Assembly: GCF_006345805.1 (NCBI RefSeq)
Contig: NC_042999.1
Span: 45,012,001-45,076,000 of the forward strand
Length of the DNA: 64,000 nucleotides
DNA from: Octopus sinensis
Taxonomy: Eukaryota
Direction: 5' to 3'
The notes under the pieces were generated by a model. The model searched no databases and was not told the origin of the DNA. It saw nothing but the letters and a program-made list of their open reading frames with translations. Shown one piece after another: positions 38,966 through 51,952 of this stretch; within the stretch, counting starts at the first letter, position 1; each line of letters starts with the position of its first letter. A program made the position numbers and the translations under genes.

Positions 38966-39700
38966 TCAGAGTTCTTACTGTTGGTTTCTTCTTCAATTTT
39001 TACACCTGTTGACGGTGTTAATGCCAAGATAGGCAAACCAGTCAGATTTCTGAGAATTGTCATTTACCATGACCTGAAGCTCTCTGTACAGGTTTCTAAA
39101 CATAGGCCAGTGTATAAATTTATTCTTCTTTACAGCTTCCTTTACTTTGTGATGGCTTGAAGATGGTTGGTGTTGTATCATTTACATTTAATATAACACC
39201 TGATGCAAGGTGGCAGACTGGCAGAAACATAAGCATGCTGGGAAAAATGCTTGACAGCATTTTGTCTGTTCTTGTGTTCTGAGTTCAAATTCTGCCAAGG
39301 TTGACGTTGCCTTTCATCCTTTTGGGGGTCGATAAAATAAGTACCAGTTGTACATGGGGGAGCGGATGGGGGGATCAATTTAATCGACTGCATCCCCTCC
39401 TCCAAAATTGCTGGCTTTGATGCAGATGCAGATGGTACAGCTGTTAAAACCTCAGTCAGCACTGCCGTAAACATTAAGCCTAAAATGAATTCCATTCTTA
39501 AACTACCATTATTACACAAGCTTATGAGAAAGCCTCTATGTAGTCGTCCAGTCTGTAAGAAATAGCAACAAAATTCTCTTATTTATCAACATAATCTCAA
39601 AATACCTTTAAAAGATTGGATAGTCAAGGCTGGAAGGCTGTTTAATCATAGGTCTTCTCAGTCAATATTGATCTGGATAAACATTAAAATATTAACTGGC

Positions 39701-40010
39701 ACATCGTCAGTTATGACGATGAGGGTTCCAGTTGATCTGATCAATGGAACAGCCTGCTCATGAAATTATTGTTCAAGTGGCTGAGTACTTCACAGATGCA
39801 CATATCCTTCACGCAGTTCTCAGGGAGATTCAGTGTGACAGAAAATGTGATAAAGCCGACCCTTTGAATTACTGGTACAACTCATTTTTGACAGCTGAGT
39901 TGACAGGAGCAATGTGAAATAAAGTGTCTTGCTCAAGGACACAATGTGTTGCTTGGAATTGAACTCATGATTGTAAGACCATGACCGAATGCCCTAACCA
40001 CTAAGCCATA
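39701..40010 (-). mobile_element. SINE family C
   Basis: Antisense homologue of 3926-4225. Confidence 0.8.
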
Positions 40011-40459
40011 ATGTTAACAAGAATAAAAACAACCTACTGTACATGCAAGATATTCATTGTTATATTTTTTCATATCTTTTACTGGTTTCACTTATTGTAT
40101 TAAGGTTATGTTGAATCACTGCCTGGAAGCATTTTATTATGATATATTGTCTCGAGTGCTTCATCTGGTACTAGAGAAAATGCCATAAGGAATGAAAAGA
40201 AAATCTATGCATGGTGTTAAAGAACGTGTAGCTTGGCTGAAACTAAGAACCACAAAACATTTTTGTTTTATGCACTGGTTTCCTTCAACCATACTTCTCC
40301 TCTTCTCTTCCTTATATTGATACCTATCTCTCTCTCTCTCTCAGTGTCTATCTTTCTCTTTCTGTCTCTCTACTCTTGATGAAGTTTGTTATCTATGTAT
40401 AAGGTGATAATCCGAGTTTTAAGTGTATTAATTTTGAAACTAAACAGTAATCTATACTT

Positions 40460-40815
40460 TTTTACTCTTTTACTCTTTTACTTGTTTCAGTCATTTGACT
40501 GTGGCCATGCTGGAGCACTGCCTTTAGTCGAGCAAATCGACCCTGGGACTTATTCTTTGTAAGCCCAGTACTTATTCTATCGGTCTCTTTTGCCGAACCG
40601 CTAAGTGACGGGGACGTAAACACACCAGCATCGGTTATCAAGCAATGCTAGGGGGACAAACACAGACACACAAACACATATATATATACATATATACGAC
40701 AGGCTTCTTTCAGTTTCCGTCTACCAAATCCACTCACAAGGCATTGGTCGGCCCGGGGCTATAGCAGAAGACACTTGCCCAAGATGCCATGCAGTGGGAC
40801 TGAACCTGGAACCGT
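40460..40815 (-). mobile_element. SINE family A, young and CpG-retaining, head truncated
   Basis: Close antisense match to 7708-8510. Confidence 0.9.
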
Positions 40816-40868
40816 ATAAATATTATTATATTGTGAATTCAATATATTCATTTTATTATCAATTCTTA

Positions 40869-41016
40869 TGTCACATGTTCGGATTCATCTACTACTCTGT
40901 TCTAGTCTGCTACTCTCCTCTGTTCTACTCTGCTGTGTTCCTGACGTTTAGGCTTCTCCTTCTATATCTACGTTTTGGGCTAGCCTACTTCATCGTCTGG
41001 GGGCGTCCACACAACA
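40869..41016. mobile_element. 148-bp solo-LTR-like unit
   Basis: TGTCA...ACAACA ends; last ~55 bp homologous to 14231-14344; no clear TSD. Confidence 0.45.
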
Positions 41017-41122
41017 TCACTATCAATATTTATGTTTATAAAATGTATTTTTATGTTGTAATGAAACAAGTGTTACAACAGAATTAAAAATAATACTATA
41101 AATTCCAGTCTTTGTTTATATA

Positions 41123-42236
41123 TGAGGTGCTTTCAAAAAAGTATCTGAATTTATTTTTTCCTTCCAAAACTAATGCCACGTGGATAAAATCCTCAGAGTA
41201 GGAGGTGACGCCACCCTTCCTGCACATACCTGAAAATTTTTGTGCTGGTAGGTTGTGTCAGTTCTTGGCTGTTATGCCTGGAGTACAGACGTGTAGTGCA
41301 CATTTGTCGGATTTTCATTTTTACCAAATCCATCAACTTTTGCCAATAGCTTGGTGATACTCAAGCCCAAACCATCCAGAAGATTCAACAGGCTTTTGGC
41401 GATGTTGCCATGAGTAAAACTCAGATCAAGGAGTTGTACAACTGCTTCAAACATGGTTGCACCTTAGTGGAGAGTGAGACACACTTAGACAGACCATCCA
41501 CAAATCTAAAGAAGGAGCTGATTGAGAAGGTTCAGGTAATAGCCATGAAAGGCTACTGTGTAACAATCCAGGAAATTGCTCATGAAGTGGGAATTAGCAC
41601 AGGAACAGTGCTTATTTTAACCCTTTTGTTACTGTATTTCTGTTGAGATGCTCTGTGTTTCTTTCAGCTACTTTAAATATATAACAAAGAATTTAGTAAA
41701 ATAACTTAGTTATCATTCAGCTAGTGTTAGGAACATAAATTGTGACTAAGGAATGGTGGAAGATTTTAATTCAAAACTTATGGAAACAAGACATTTGTAC
41801 TCAGAGCCAGAGCCAGTTTCAGCCGGGTTGGTAACGAAAGGGTTAACGGGATATTTGTGCTTGCAGAGAGTGAAATTCATCCTCAAGGCGCTTGTGGAGC
41901 AGTAGAAGCAACTCCATGTAGAAATCACTCAAAACATGCTGAACTGTGCAAACCACAACCCAGACTTTATGAAGACCATCCTCACTGGTGATAAGACATG
42001 GATTTATGGTCTCTGCTCAATGTGCTCGTTCATCTTGCATGAAAAAAATCCAATGAGTGTGCACTAAACCTGTGTACTCTAGGTGCAACAGCCAGGAATT
42101 GATGTGGCCTACTAGTATGAAAATTTTCACACATGCACAGGAAGAATGATGTCACCTTCCAACCAAAGGATTTTGCCATGCAGCATTAATTTTAGTGAGG
42201 AAAAAGCAAAGCTGGATACTCTTTGAATGCACCTCG
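41123..42236 (+). mobile_element. Mariner-family transposon, internally deleted
   Basis: TIRs TGAGGTGCTTTCAAAAAAGTATC / GATACTCTTTGAATGCACCTCG with TA TSDs; transposase remnants LGDTQAQTIQKIQQAFG..AMSKTQIKE, RPST, ILTGDKTWIYG. Confidence 0.9.
41621..41842. mobile_element. piggyBac-type MITE nested in the mariner
   Basis: TTAA|CCCTTTTGTTAC ... GTAACGAAAGGG|TTAA. Confidence 0.85.
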
Positions 42237-42809
42237 TATATATGAGAATTCTGTTTGATTTATGCAAGAATGGATGATGATGATGATGATGTGATATGCG
42301 TGTGTGTGCGTACACGTCTAGCAGGCTTCTACACAGTTTTGTTTCCCAAATTTTCCTCATAAAACTTTGGTCAATTCAGAGCAATGACAGACATAAAGCA
42401 CTCGTTCAAAACTCCATGTAGTGATATTGAATCTTAAAGCCTGTGATTGTAAGGGGAATTTCTTAGCCATAGGATCAGACTTCCACTTATAAATCAACTA
42501 TGCTCCTACAATGTTCATTACATGTTAATAATTGAGAAAAACTTATTGTTTTAGTAGAAACAAAAGCAGTGAGATGACAGAACTTTTAGCACATCTAAAC
42601 ATAATACTTAATGACATTTCTTCCAATTCTTTATGTTCACTGTTCAAATTCTTCCAAGGCTGACTTTACTTGTTGTCCTTTCAGTGTTGATGAAATAATT
42701 ACTACCTTGAGAACTGGGGTCAATGTAAAGGATTAACCCTCATCCCTAAATTGCTTGCCTCATGCCCAAATTTTCAAACCATTATTTTAAGAACAAACTC
42801 TAAGATTAA

Positions 42810-43519
42810 CCCTTTAGCATTCAGATTGGCATTAGGAAGGGCATCTAGCTGTAGAAACCAAATCAGACTGGAACCTGGTGCAGCAGTCCAGCTTACTAAT
42901 TTCAGCCAAACCGTCTAACCCATGCCAGCAAGGATAGCAGATGCTAAATGATGATGATGTTGATGATTACTCTGTCAAATGTAATGGCTATGTGTTCATA
43001 TCATTTTAAATTCTGAGACCCCCTTCAGTCACGATACAAACCATGGGATTGCACCTCAAAAGTTTCCCTCCCAGGCACAAGTCCGGGCAAGGTTGTTTAT
43101 GGAAGGCCAGCAGTCGCCCATGCATACCCGCCTCCTCTCTCCACACCACCAGCGTTATCCAAGGGAAAGGCAAGGGCTGATACAGCTTGGCACCTGTGAC
43201 GTTGCAACTCATTTCTACAGCTGAGTGAACTGGAGCAACGTGAAATAAAGTGTCTTGCTCAAGGACACAACATGCAGCCCAGTCCGGGATTCGAACTTAC
43301 AACCTCACGATCGTAAACTTGACACTCTAACCATTGAGCCAAGCACCTTCATTTTAATTTAATTTAATTTAATTTAATTTAATTTTAAATTAATCATGCA
43401 TTATTTCCCAAATTTGAGATGACACTGTAGGGTAGGTGTGAAAAGCCAGATCTGACCAGCTTGAAGATAAAACAGGTAGAATATTTTGGCTGGATTTGGC
43501 CAGTTTAAATGTTAAAGAG
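42810..43519. mobile_element. piggyBac-type MITE carrying a nested family D fragment and a SINE
   Basis: TTAA|CCCTTTAGCATT ... AATGTTAAAGAG|TTAA; D fragment about 42826-42965. Confidence 0.65.
43012..43348 (-). mobile_element. SINE with a family C head and central domain but a different tail
   Basis: CAGCTGAGTGAACTGGAGCAACGTGAAATAAAGTGTCTTGCTCAAGGACACAAC shared with 39701-40010; the remainder is unrelated. Confidence 0.75.
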
Positions 43520-44053
43520 TTAATGTTTGAATGTATTCATGTGATTTTTCTTATACAAAGCCAGATTGTCATGCTCACATACACACAAATGCATGCATAC
43601 AAAGCAAATAAAGAAAAGAGCTGAATGTAGTTGCATATATTGGGTACTGGCCATATTTACTCAACTTGGGAATATAGCCAATGCTCATGATTGATTATAA
43701 GAATCTGAAATGGCATGAACCACCACCCCCATGTATACACACGTGTGCACACACATACACACATGCTAATGCATGCACACACACACACACACATCCATGC
43801 TCACACAAATTTAAAAACAATGCCAAAGTAACAAGATCAACAATGCTTTCTCAATCGGAGCCAAACAGCAGCAAAATTGTAAGAAAGGAGTAAACCATAG
43901 CCTATATCATCATATCTTGCGAGTAATTATGACCAGGTAGCATGTTCTAAAGCTTTAGTAATTGTTTTATGCACCTGTATAGTCATGAACTTACATAGAA
44001 ATCCTTTCGGTTCATCCACCCTTGATTCAATAGAACATAGAAATATGACTGAA

Positions 44054-44565
44054 AAGGCGGCAAGCTGGCAGAAACATTAGCACACTGGGTGAAATGCTTA
44101 GCGGTATTTCGTCTGTTTCATTCTGAGTTCAAATTCCGCTGAGGCCGACTTTGCCTTTCATCCTTTCGAGGTCGATTAAATAAGTACCAGTTACGCACTG
44201 GGGTATTTATAATCGATTTAATCCATTTGTCTGTCCTTATTTGTCCTCTCTGTGTTTAGCCCCTTGTGGGTAGTAAAGAAATAGGTATTTCGTCTGCCGT
44301 TACGTTCTGAGTTCAAATTCCACCGAGGTTGACTTTGCCTTTGATCCTTTCGGGGTTGATTAAATAAGTACCAGTTACGCACTGGGGTCGATATAATCGA
44401 CTTAATCCGTTTGTGTGTCCTTGTTTGTCCTCTCTGTGTTTAGCCCCTTGTGGGCAGTAAAGAAATAGGTATTTCGTCTGCTGTTACGTTCTGAGTTCAA
44501 ATTCCGCCGAGGTCGACTTTGCATTTCATCCTTTCAGGGTCGATAAAGTAAGTACCAGTTACTAA
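44054..44565 (+). mobile_element. SINE family B trimer
   Basis: GGTATTTCGTCTG at 44103, 44284 and 44468; units 2 and 3 lack the A-box. Confidence 0.9.
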
Positions 44566-45449
44566 CATATCCATGCATGGTCTTCTGCTCATACATGCTC
44601 ATCCTTCATCTGATGATATGTTGCAGTAGAGCCATGTGACTTCTTTGGGCATGTATTTAAGGGTATCAGATAAGGAATGTTGCACAGGAAGTTGCCTTCC
44701 AAGTCTTGTGATGTTATCAGCCTCATGTATCCAAACTTGCTCAAGGGATGCATTTCGACACTTAGTGGTTATGCATGTATGTACATATGTATGTATGCAT
44801 GTATGTATGTATGTATGAATGTGGGTAGATATGTATGTATGTGGGTAGATAGGTAGGTAGGTAGGTAGACTGCTAGAATCATGATCATAAGGAATACCTC
44901 TACTAAATATAATGGTCAGCGAGAGAAATGAAAATTACTGTCAGCAGCTGTGAGACAACACCCTACAATTCTCTCTAGCTCTAATTCTGTTCTCTTACAA
45001 CATCATTCTATCTCTCTCTGTAATTACTACTAAACAATGAAGAGGACACAAACACAAACTTTATTTCGCATGCTTTTGGATGTATCAAAACCTGCCCGTC
45101 GAGGAAAGGTATTTGTAACGTAACGGTAAATAAATACTTTCTTAAAACTTCATGGATTCTTCATCATTCACATCCTACAGTATGCAATTATAACAACAAT
45201 TTCTTATCATCACAATTGCTGACTTCGACACATCATAATAATGTTTACCAAACCAATTTCTGCCGTTACAGCTGGTGACCCTCGACTTCAACTAAAAACT
45301 TTATCGTTACATTTGTATGTATGTATGTATGTAAGTGTGTGTGTATTTATGTATGCATGCATGCATGTATCTATGTAGCATGTTTGCATGTATGCATGTT
45401 TACATGAATATATGTGTGTATTTGTAAATCTGCTTGTATGCATATGAAT

Positions 45450-45880
45450 TACTCTTTTACTCTTTTAATTGTTTCAGTCATTTGACTGCGGCCATGCTGG
45501 AGCACCACCTTTAGCTAAAACGAATTGACCCCTGGACTTATTCTTTGTAAGCCTAGTACTTATTCTATTGGTCTCTTTTGCCGAACTGCTAAGTTATGGG
45601 GACGTAAATTCACCACCATCGGTTGTCAAACAATGTTGGGGGGACAAACACAGACACACAAACATACACACACACACAGACACACACAGACACACACAGA
45701 CACACACTCACACATACACAGACAGATACACACACACACACATATATATATACGACGAACTTCTTTCAATTTACGTCTACCAAATTCACTCACAAGTCTT
45801 TATAGTTGAAAATATTTGCCCAAGGTGCCACGCAGTGGGACTGAACTCAGAACCATGTGGTTGGTAAGCAAGCTACTTAC
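45450..45880 (-). mobile_element. SINE family A flanked by ~90-bp direct repeats
   Basis: Flanks about 45358-45449 and 45882-45969. Confidence 0.85.
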
Positions 45881-47063
45881 CAGCATGCATGTATGTAGTA
45901 TGTTTGCATGTATGTATGTTTACATGTATATATGTGTGTATTTGTAAATCTGTTTGTACTTGTATGAATGTTTACATCCTGTGTATCTTTATGTGATATC
46001 ATTTGAGCAAAGCAATGACGTCACATTTACATTCCCTGTTAACAAAATGCACAGGTATGCAGTGCTTTTGACTAGTAGCATACCCATGGAATAAAAAAAA
46101 ATCCCCTACATGGAAAACAGTTGAAGGTTGGGGAAATGGTGAGAGGAAGAACACCCAGTTGTTAAAATACTGTCACAAAAAGTTTTTGTCCAACCCATGC
46201 CAGCATAGAAAAATAGGTATAAAAACACGCAAGCAAATGAATGTGGAGGTACATAAGTAAACATCACATGATTTCTTGTTCACAACTCTACTGATACGGC
46301 CTTCTTTTCACTGCAATTAAATCAATGTTAATGATAAATAATGAATCATTTCATTTGATTTGACGAGAATTATTCTGTTGAGTAATTATACATGATAGCT
46401 GCAACGTTTATGTGACAGCTATATTCTTATGCTAGCTAATAAGTTCATGCTTAATTGATGCTGTAACAAGCCAATTCTAGGTCACAGTTATGATGTAAGT
46501 ACTGGCTTGGGTGCAGTTACATTGTAAGAGTATAGCTGTGAAATATGGGCAATAAATGTTGTAGATCTATAGAAGGTGTTTCAGATGCATTAGTATTAGG
46601 TGACTTAAGAGAAGCTGAGCTGATTTAAATAATAAAAAAAGCAATCACTGAATAACCTTTGAAATTGGTTGATTCATGCAGGAGATAGGCATTTATTGCT
46701 ACAGGTTTATGATTTGAACAGATAATTCATGCAAGATAGATAAAGTTTTGTGAGTGTGCTGGTGGTGGATGAAATAGTTGTGATGGTGTTGATGTTTGTA
46801 GGTAAGTCAGTTAACTGTTGTTATAGGTGGAGGAGAATCTTTTTATCATTTTAATAATAAAAAAATTAGTGTTTTGAAAGCATTAAAAATTCAGGTCTTC
46901 TTTTTTGTAGGATTCTTCGTGGCATACTATGCATACACATAAACACGCAAAAACTCTTTGATATAGATTGATAGATGGATAGACAGGAGTATAAAAAAAT
47001 GAAAGGAAAGGCCTCTCATCATGTTTTGGGAAGCCTCTATTTATCTGTATAAAGAGTTCACTG

Positions 47064-47545
47064 AGAATATCTATTTCTTTACTACTCACAAGGGGCTAAA
47101 CACAGAGAGGACAAACAAGGACAGACAAATGGATTAAGTCGATTATATCGACCCCAGTGCATAACTGGTACTTAATTTATCGACCCCGAAAGGATGAAAG
47201 GCAAATTCGACCTTGGCAGAATTTGAACTCAGAATGAAACAGCAGACGAAATATGGCTACGCATTTCGCCCGGCATGCTAACATTTCTGCCAGCTCCAGA
47301 ATACCTATTTCTATTTCTTTATTACCCACAAGGGGCTAAACACAGAGGGGACAAACAAGGACAGACATAGGTATTAAGTCGATTACATCGACCCCAGTGC
47401 ATAACTGGTACTTAATTTATCGACCCCGAAAGGATGAAAGGCAAATTCGACCTTGGCAGAATTTGAACTCAGAACGAAACAGCAGACGAAATACGGCTAC
47501 GCATTTCGCCCGGCATGCTAATGTTTCTGCCAGCTCCAGAATACC
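47064..47545 (-). mobile_element. SINE family B tandem pair of full units separated by a TSD-like AGAATA(C/T)C
   Basis: Period about 240; the short motif occurs at 47064, 47298 and 47537. Confidence 0.85.
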
Positions 47546-48428
47546 AACACTTAAAATTTCAAGGAAGTGAGAAAATTATTCCTGATATTTGTCAATAAAT
47601 AAGTTCATTCTCATTGGCTGGTTTTAATCAGACGGTGGAATTATTTGCTGTTTACTGCTACTGGATGGTAATAGGGTTGGTATTTTGTAAATGATAAAAT
47701 GTGGGAAGACAGGAAAATTCCTTCTTGTTCAAGTTAGAGAGTCTCATCAACCCCAGTGCGAAACCTCGGCAGAATTTGAACTCAGAATATAACGGCAGAC
47801 GAAATACCACTAAGCTTTTCGGACGGTGTGATAACGATTCTGTTAGCTCGCCACCCTTAGAGAGTCCAATATTAATAGCAAGAGATTTGAAGAATTATGA
47901 AAGAAAGGTTTGTGGAGGTATCAGTAAGGGTTCATGGAAAATATTAGTAACTAATGACAAACCTATGATTGGCAGTATGACAACAGTTCAAATCTTATAT
48001 GGCACAGTCCAAACCATAAGTCACCAACTAGTTTTCTTCCTTAGATTCAAAGATTTTCATCATAGTATGGAGGATTTAAGAAGAAATGAAGCTTGCTGGA
48101 TGAAAGGCAGAACTGGTACACTTGAAATTTGAGCTCATGATGTAAGGAGTTGGCACAAATACTGCAAGGCATTTAATCTGGTGTTAGCCAATTAGCTAGC
48201 CTGTAAAATAATGATTTCAAATTTTGGCACAAGGCCAGCAATTTCAAGGGAGAGGGCAAGACGGTCACATCAACCCCAGTGTTCAGCTGGTACTTATTTT
48301 ACCAACTCCAAATGGATGAAAGGCAAAGCTGACCTCAGCAGAATTTGAACTCAGAATGTAAAGACAGTTGAAATGTCACTATGCATTTTGTCTGGCATGT
48401 TAATGATTCTACTGGCTTGCTGCCTTCT

Positions 48429-48518
<90 letters not shown>

Positions 48519-50048
48519 CAGCAGCAGCAGTAGCAGAAGCAGCAGCAGCAGTAGTAGTAGTAGTAGTAGCTATAGTTGCTTCTAATTTAGGCACAAGGTC
48601 AGCAGTCTTGAGAAGAGAGGTTGGTCGATTACATTGACCACACTGGTACTTTATTTTTTATAAAATAAAGTACTAGTCTAGTACTGGATTTGATGTAATC
48701 ACCTGTTGCCTCTTTCCCCAACAGCAGCAGCAGTGGAGGTGCAATGGTTCAGCTCTCCACCCGTTAAAAGCCACCGTTTACGGAATGAGGATAATAATGT
48801 AGCTTTCACACCCGTGCAACCGCCAGTCTATCGCGTGTGGTGGGTGGATCTTCAAGTTGCCACATGCATTCTTAGTAGCTTAGAGTAGGCTCGAATTAGA
48901 GATTATTCTTTGTGGCTAATGGCATGAGTCCTGATTGGAAGAAGAAGAAGAAGAAGAAGAAGAAGACAGCAGCAGCAGCAACTACAACAACCATCATTGC
49001 TTTATTAACCACAGGGTCCCAAAAGGATACAGAAAAGTAAAGTATGGAGAAAGGTTAACTGAGGTGTTTACAAAGGAAGCAAGGGAGGTGGGGGAGTGGT
49101 GGGCAAATTATACAAAGACAAAGGGAGAAGTGAACACTGTTACACAATATGTAAATTTTAAGGTGGAGATATAAAAGCTCAGAAATAACCAAAAATGTAC
49201 ATTGAAATTTATAATAAACAAAACAAGATATAGTCAAAGAACATGAAACATGAAAGGTTACTGTTTAGGTTAGTTTAGTGGATCCTGTATCTCAGCCTGC
49301 CATTGACTGAATTATCTTGTGTATCTAAAAGTACCGGTCAGCATTTTTTGAGCTGCCTGTGTTGAAAAATATCAGCATCTTCAGGGTAAGATTATTTCAG
49401 TTTGTTATCATGTCTTAGCTTTGTTTTTACTAACAATCTGTCTTTTGTATCTTGCCAATATTCCAAACCTAACTATGTCTGCTTTATTTCTACATCATTG
49501 GAATATCTATGGCACCACAGATATAAGATTTATTTGTTAGTTGTTGCTTTGATTTTCGAAGGACAATGAATCTTGAATTTTGTCATCTTTTTCATCTTCT
49601 TTGTTGTTTTTCTGAAGAAGTCATCTTTGTTGTGTTTGTCTAAGTTGTTTCCCCTCCCCCTCATTATAGCTGATTTTTTCTTCTTTGAGACTTTGTTCTG
49701 TTTCCTTTTATGTTTCCTTCAACAGTCTGTGCCCTTTCATCAGTAATCATTGCCTCTTCCTCAACACACAATGAGGGTGAGGTGCTACTAGTCACTACTA
49801 TAGAGAATGGAGTGTTTGCTTGCTTGTTTTTAAGACTGTGCATAGAGCAACTTTGCTTGCCATTCCCAGAGTTTTGATTGATGGTGCTTTGGAAACTAAG
49901 ACTTGCTGGTCTTGATGCTGCCTCTGATGGCTTTCATTACCATTTTTTTTTTCGTTTTCTTGGAAACTCTTTCTAGTTCTTCAGGGCAAAAGACACTGAA
50001 ATACTTTTTAGTATGACAAATGATGTACTTAGGCTTTTTGTTCTACAT

Positions 50049-50402
50049 CAGCGGTTCTCAACTGGGATCCATATGGCCCTTGGGGATTCATATAAGATTT
50101 TCGCAGGGTCCATGAAACAAAATAGAAAATTGGGTATCCACAATAGTATTTTAAGGGCCCCTGAAAAAATGTTGTCATTCATGTATGTATTGGTATGTAT
50201 TGCAAGCAACTGTTAATTTTTCTTTCTCTAACATTTTACATAGTTCAACAAACACACAAGTTAATGTGGGAAAAACAAAATAGGAATTTTGAAAGAAGTT
50301 TCTATAATACTAGCTTTTAGCAGTGAATGGCCATGGGACAGTCCACCAGAATAAAATAGTAATCCAAGAGATCCATAGATAGAAAATGGTTGAGAATCCT
50401 TG
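50049..50402. mobile_element. hAT-type MITE
   Basis: TIRs CAGCGGTTCTCAAC / GTTGAGAATCCTTG; 8-bp TSD TTCTACAT / CTCTACAT. Confidence 0.85.
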
Positions 50403-50559
50403 CTCTACATCATCAAACCCATGTCATTTGTATTAGTATATTCAGTAGAGCGCAATCCTAGTATGACTTTGTGGACTTAGGTGGTCTTTAGGACTTGCAA
50501 ATCCATTTTGATGTCTCCTGACCATACACTTCTCGCATTAGCTTGGCTCTAACTTCTTG

Positions 50560-50835
50560 TGCATATTCATCATTTAATGTCCATTTTCCATACTGGTATA
50601 GGTAGGATGGTTCAACAAAATCAAACATGCTGCATAGCTGTGTCAGACCCAAATGTCAGCATTGGCACGTTTTCTACAGTTGAATGCCCATCCTAACACT
50701 AACCATTTCATTGTGTGTACTAGGTTCTTTTTCCATGACACCAACACTTATAAGGCCACCAATCAACTTGCAAGACAAAGAAAAGAAAAGGAAAATATTG
50801 ACAGCCAGCAATGGGTGTACATTGTTTTTCCAATA
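50560..50835 (-). mobile_element. Family D element nested in the gag-like ORF
   Basis: CATCATTTAATGTCCATTTTCCAT..., TGAATGCCCATCCTAACAC. Confidence 0.6.
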
Positions 50836-51311
50836 TCTCTTATCATCATCATCATTATATTTATTTGACCATGTACAAGGGCATATGTATAGACAAAGGT
50901 TTTGTTTTGAAATTGTAGCACATAGTGCCATAACTTACCCCCTTATTGGTTGAGAGAATTTCTTCAGAAACATCTTGAAGTGCTTGTTGTAGTTCTTGTG
51001 AAGATAAATTCAACCAAGCTCCATGTTTTCTAAATTGCAGATATACATATTTTCCTTTGCTCTCTTTTGAATTAGAATTACTGTTTGGCTTCACAAATTT
51101 CTCCAAACCATTGTTTCTTGGAATTGTGTTAAGTCTAAAAATTCTTTAAGTTCTGTTTGTTGTGCAATTGAAGCAGCAATTAGCTTTTGTAGCTTTTCAT
51201 ATAAGCAAATGCTTGCCTCCATGAAAGTGTCACCATTACTGTTATTGTAACTATCACTATCTTCAAAATTACCTCTTTGAGTGTTTGGAATATTTTTTAT
51301 CCATTAATCAT

Positions 51312-51555
51312 TAAGTTCCCGACCTGTTTCCTCTTTTCATTGTTTTTGCAAGCCTTATTATTATGTATCCCCATCTAATAGCGTTATCGTTGTCTTTCGT
51401 CTCAAATGCTAGCTGAAGCATAAAAACTTTCACTCAAAAAACTTATTCACACCACCGCAAAGCATTTCATCTCATCCTGTCTTCTTTCTGCCGCCTAAAA
51501 CCTCATCTCCAATTCTCTCTCTCGCTATGTGGTGTCGGTTCTCCCTCTGTTTTCA

Positions 51556-51592
<37 letters not shown>

Positions 51593-51920
51593 CTATCTAT
51601 CTCTCTCTCTCTCTCTCTCTCTCGGTATATATCTCACCTTCACTCGCTTCCGCAGGATGAAAAATCATCAGCTAAGTTCCCGACCTGTTTCCTTTTCATT
51701 GTTTTTGCAAGCCTTATTATTATTGTATCCCCATCTAATAGCGTTATCGTTGTCTTTCGTCTCAAATGCTAGCTGAAGCATAAAAACTTTCACTCACAAA
51801 AACTTATTCACACCACCGCAAAGCATTTCATCTCAATCCTGTCTTCTTTCTGCCGCCTAAAACCTCATCTCCAATTCTCTCTCTCGCTATGTGGTGTCGG
51901 TTCTCCCTCTGTTTTCACTG

Positions 51921-51952
<32 letters not shown>

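Noticed and set aside
44054-44565. Regularly spaced repeats as a CRISPR array (also 51312-52210)
   Set aside because: Units are whole tandem copies without unique spacers, the context is eukaryotic and there are no cas genes.
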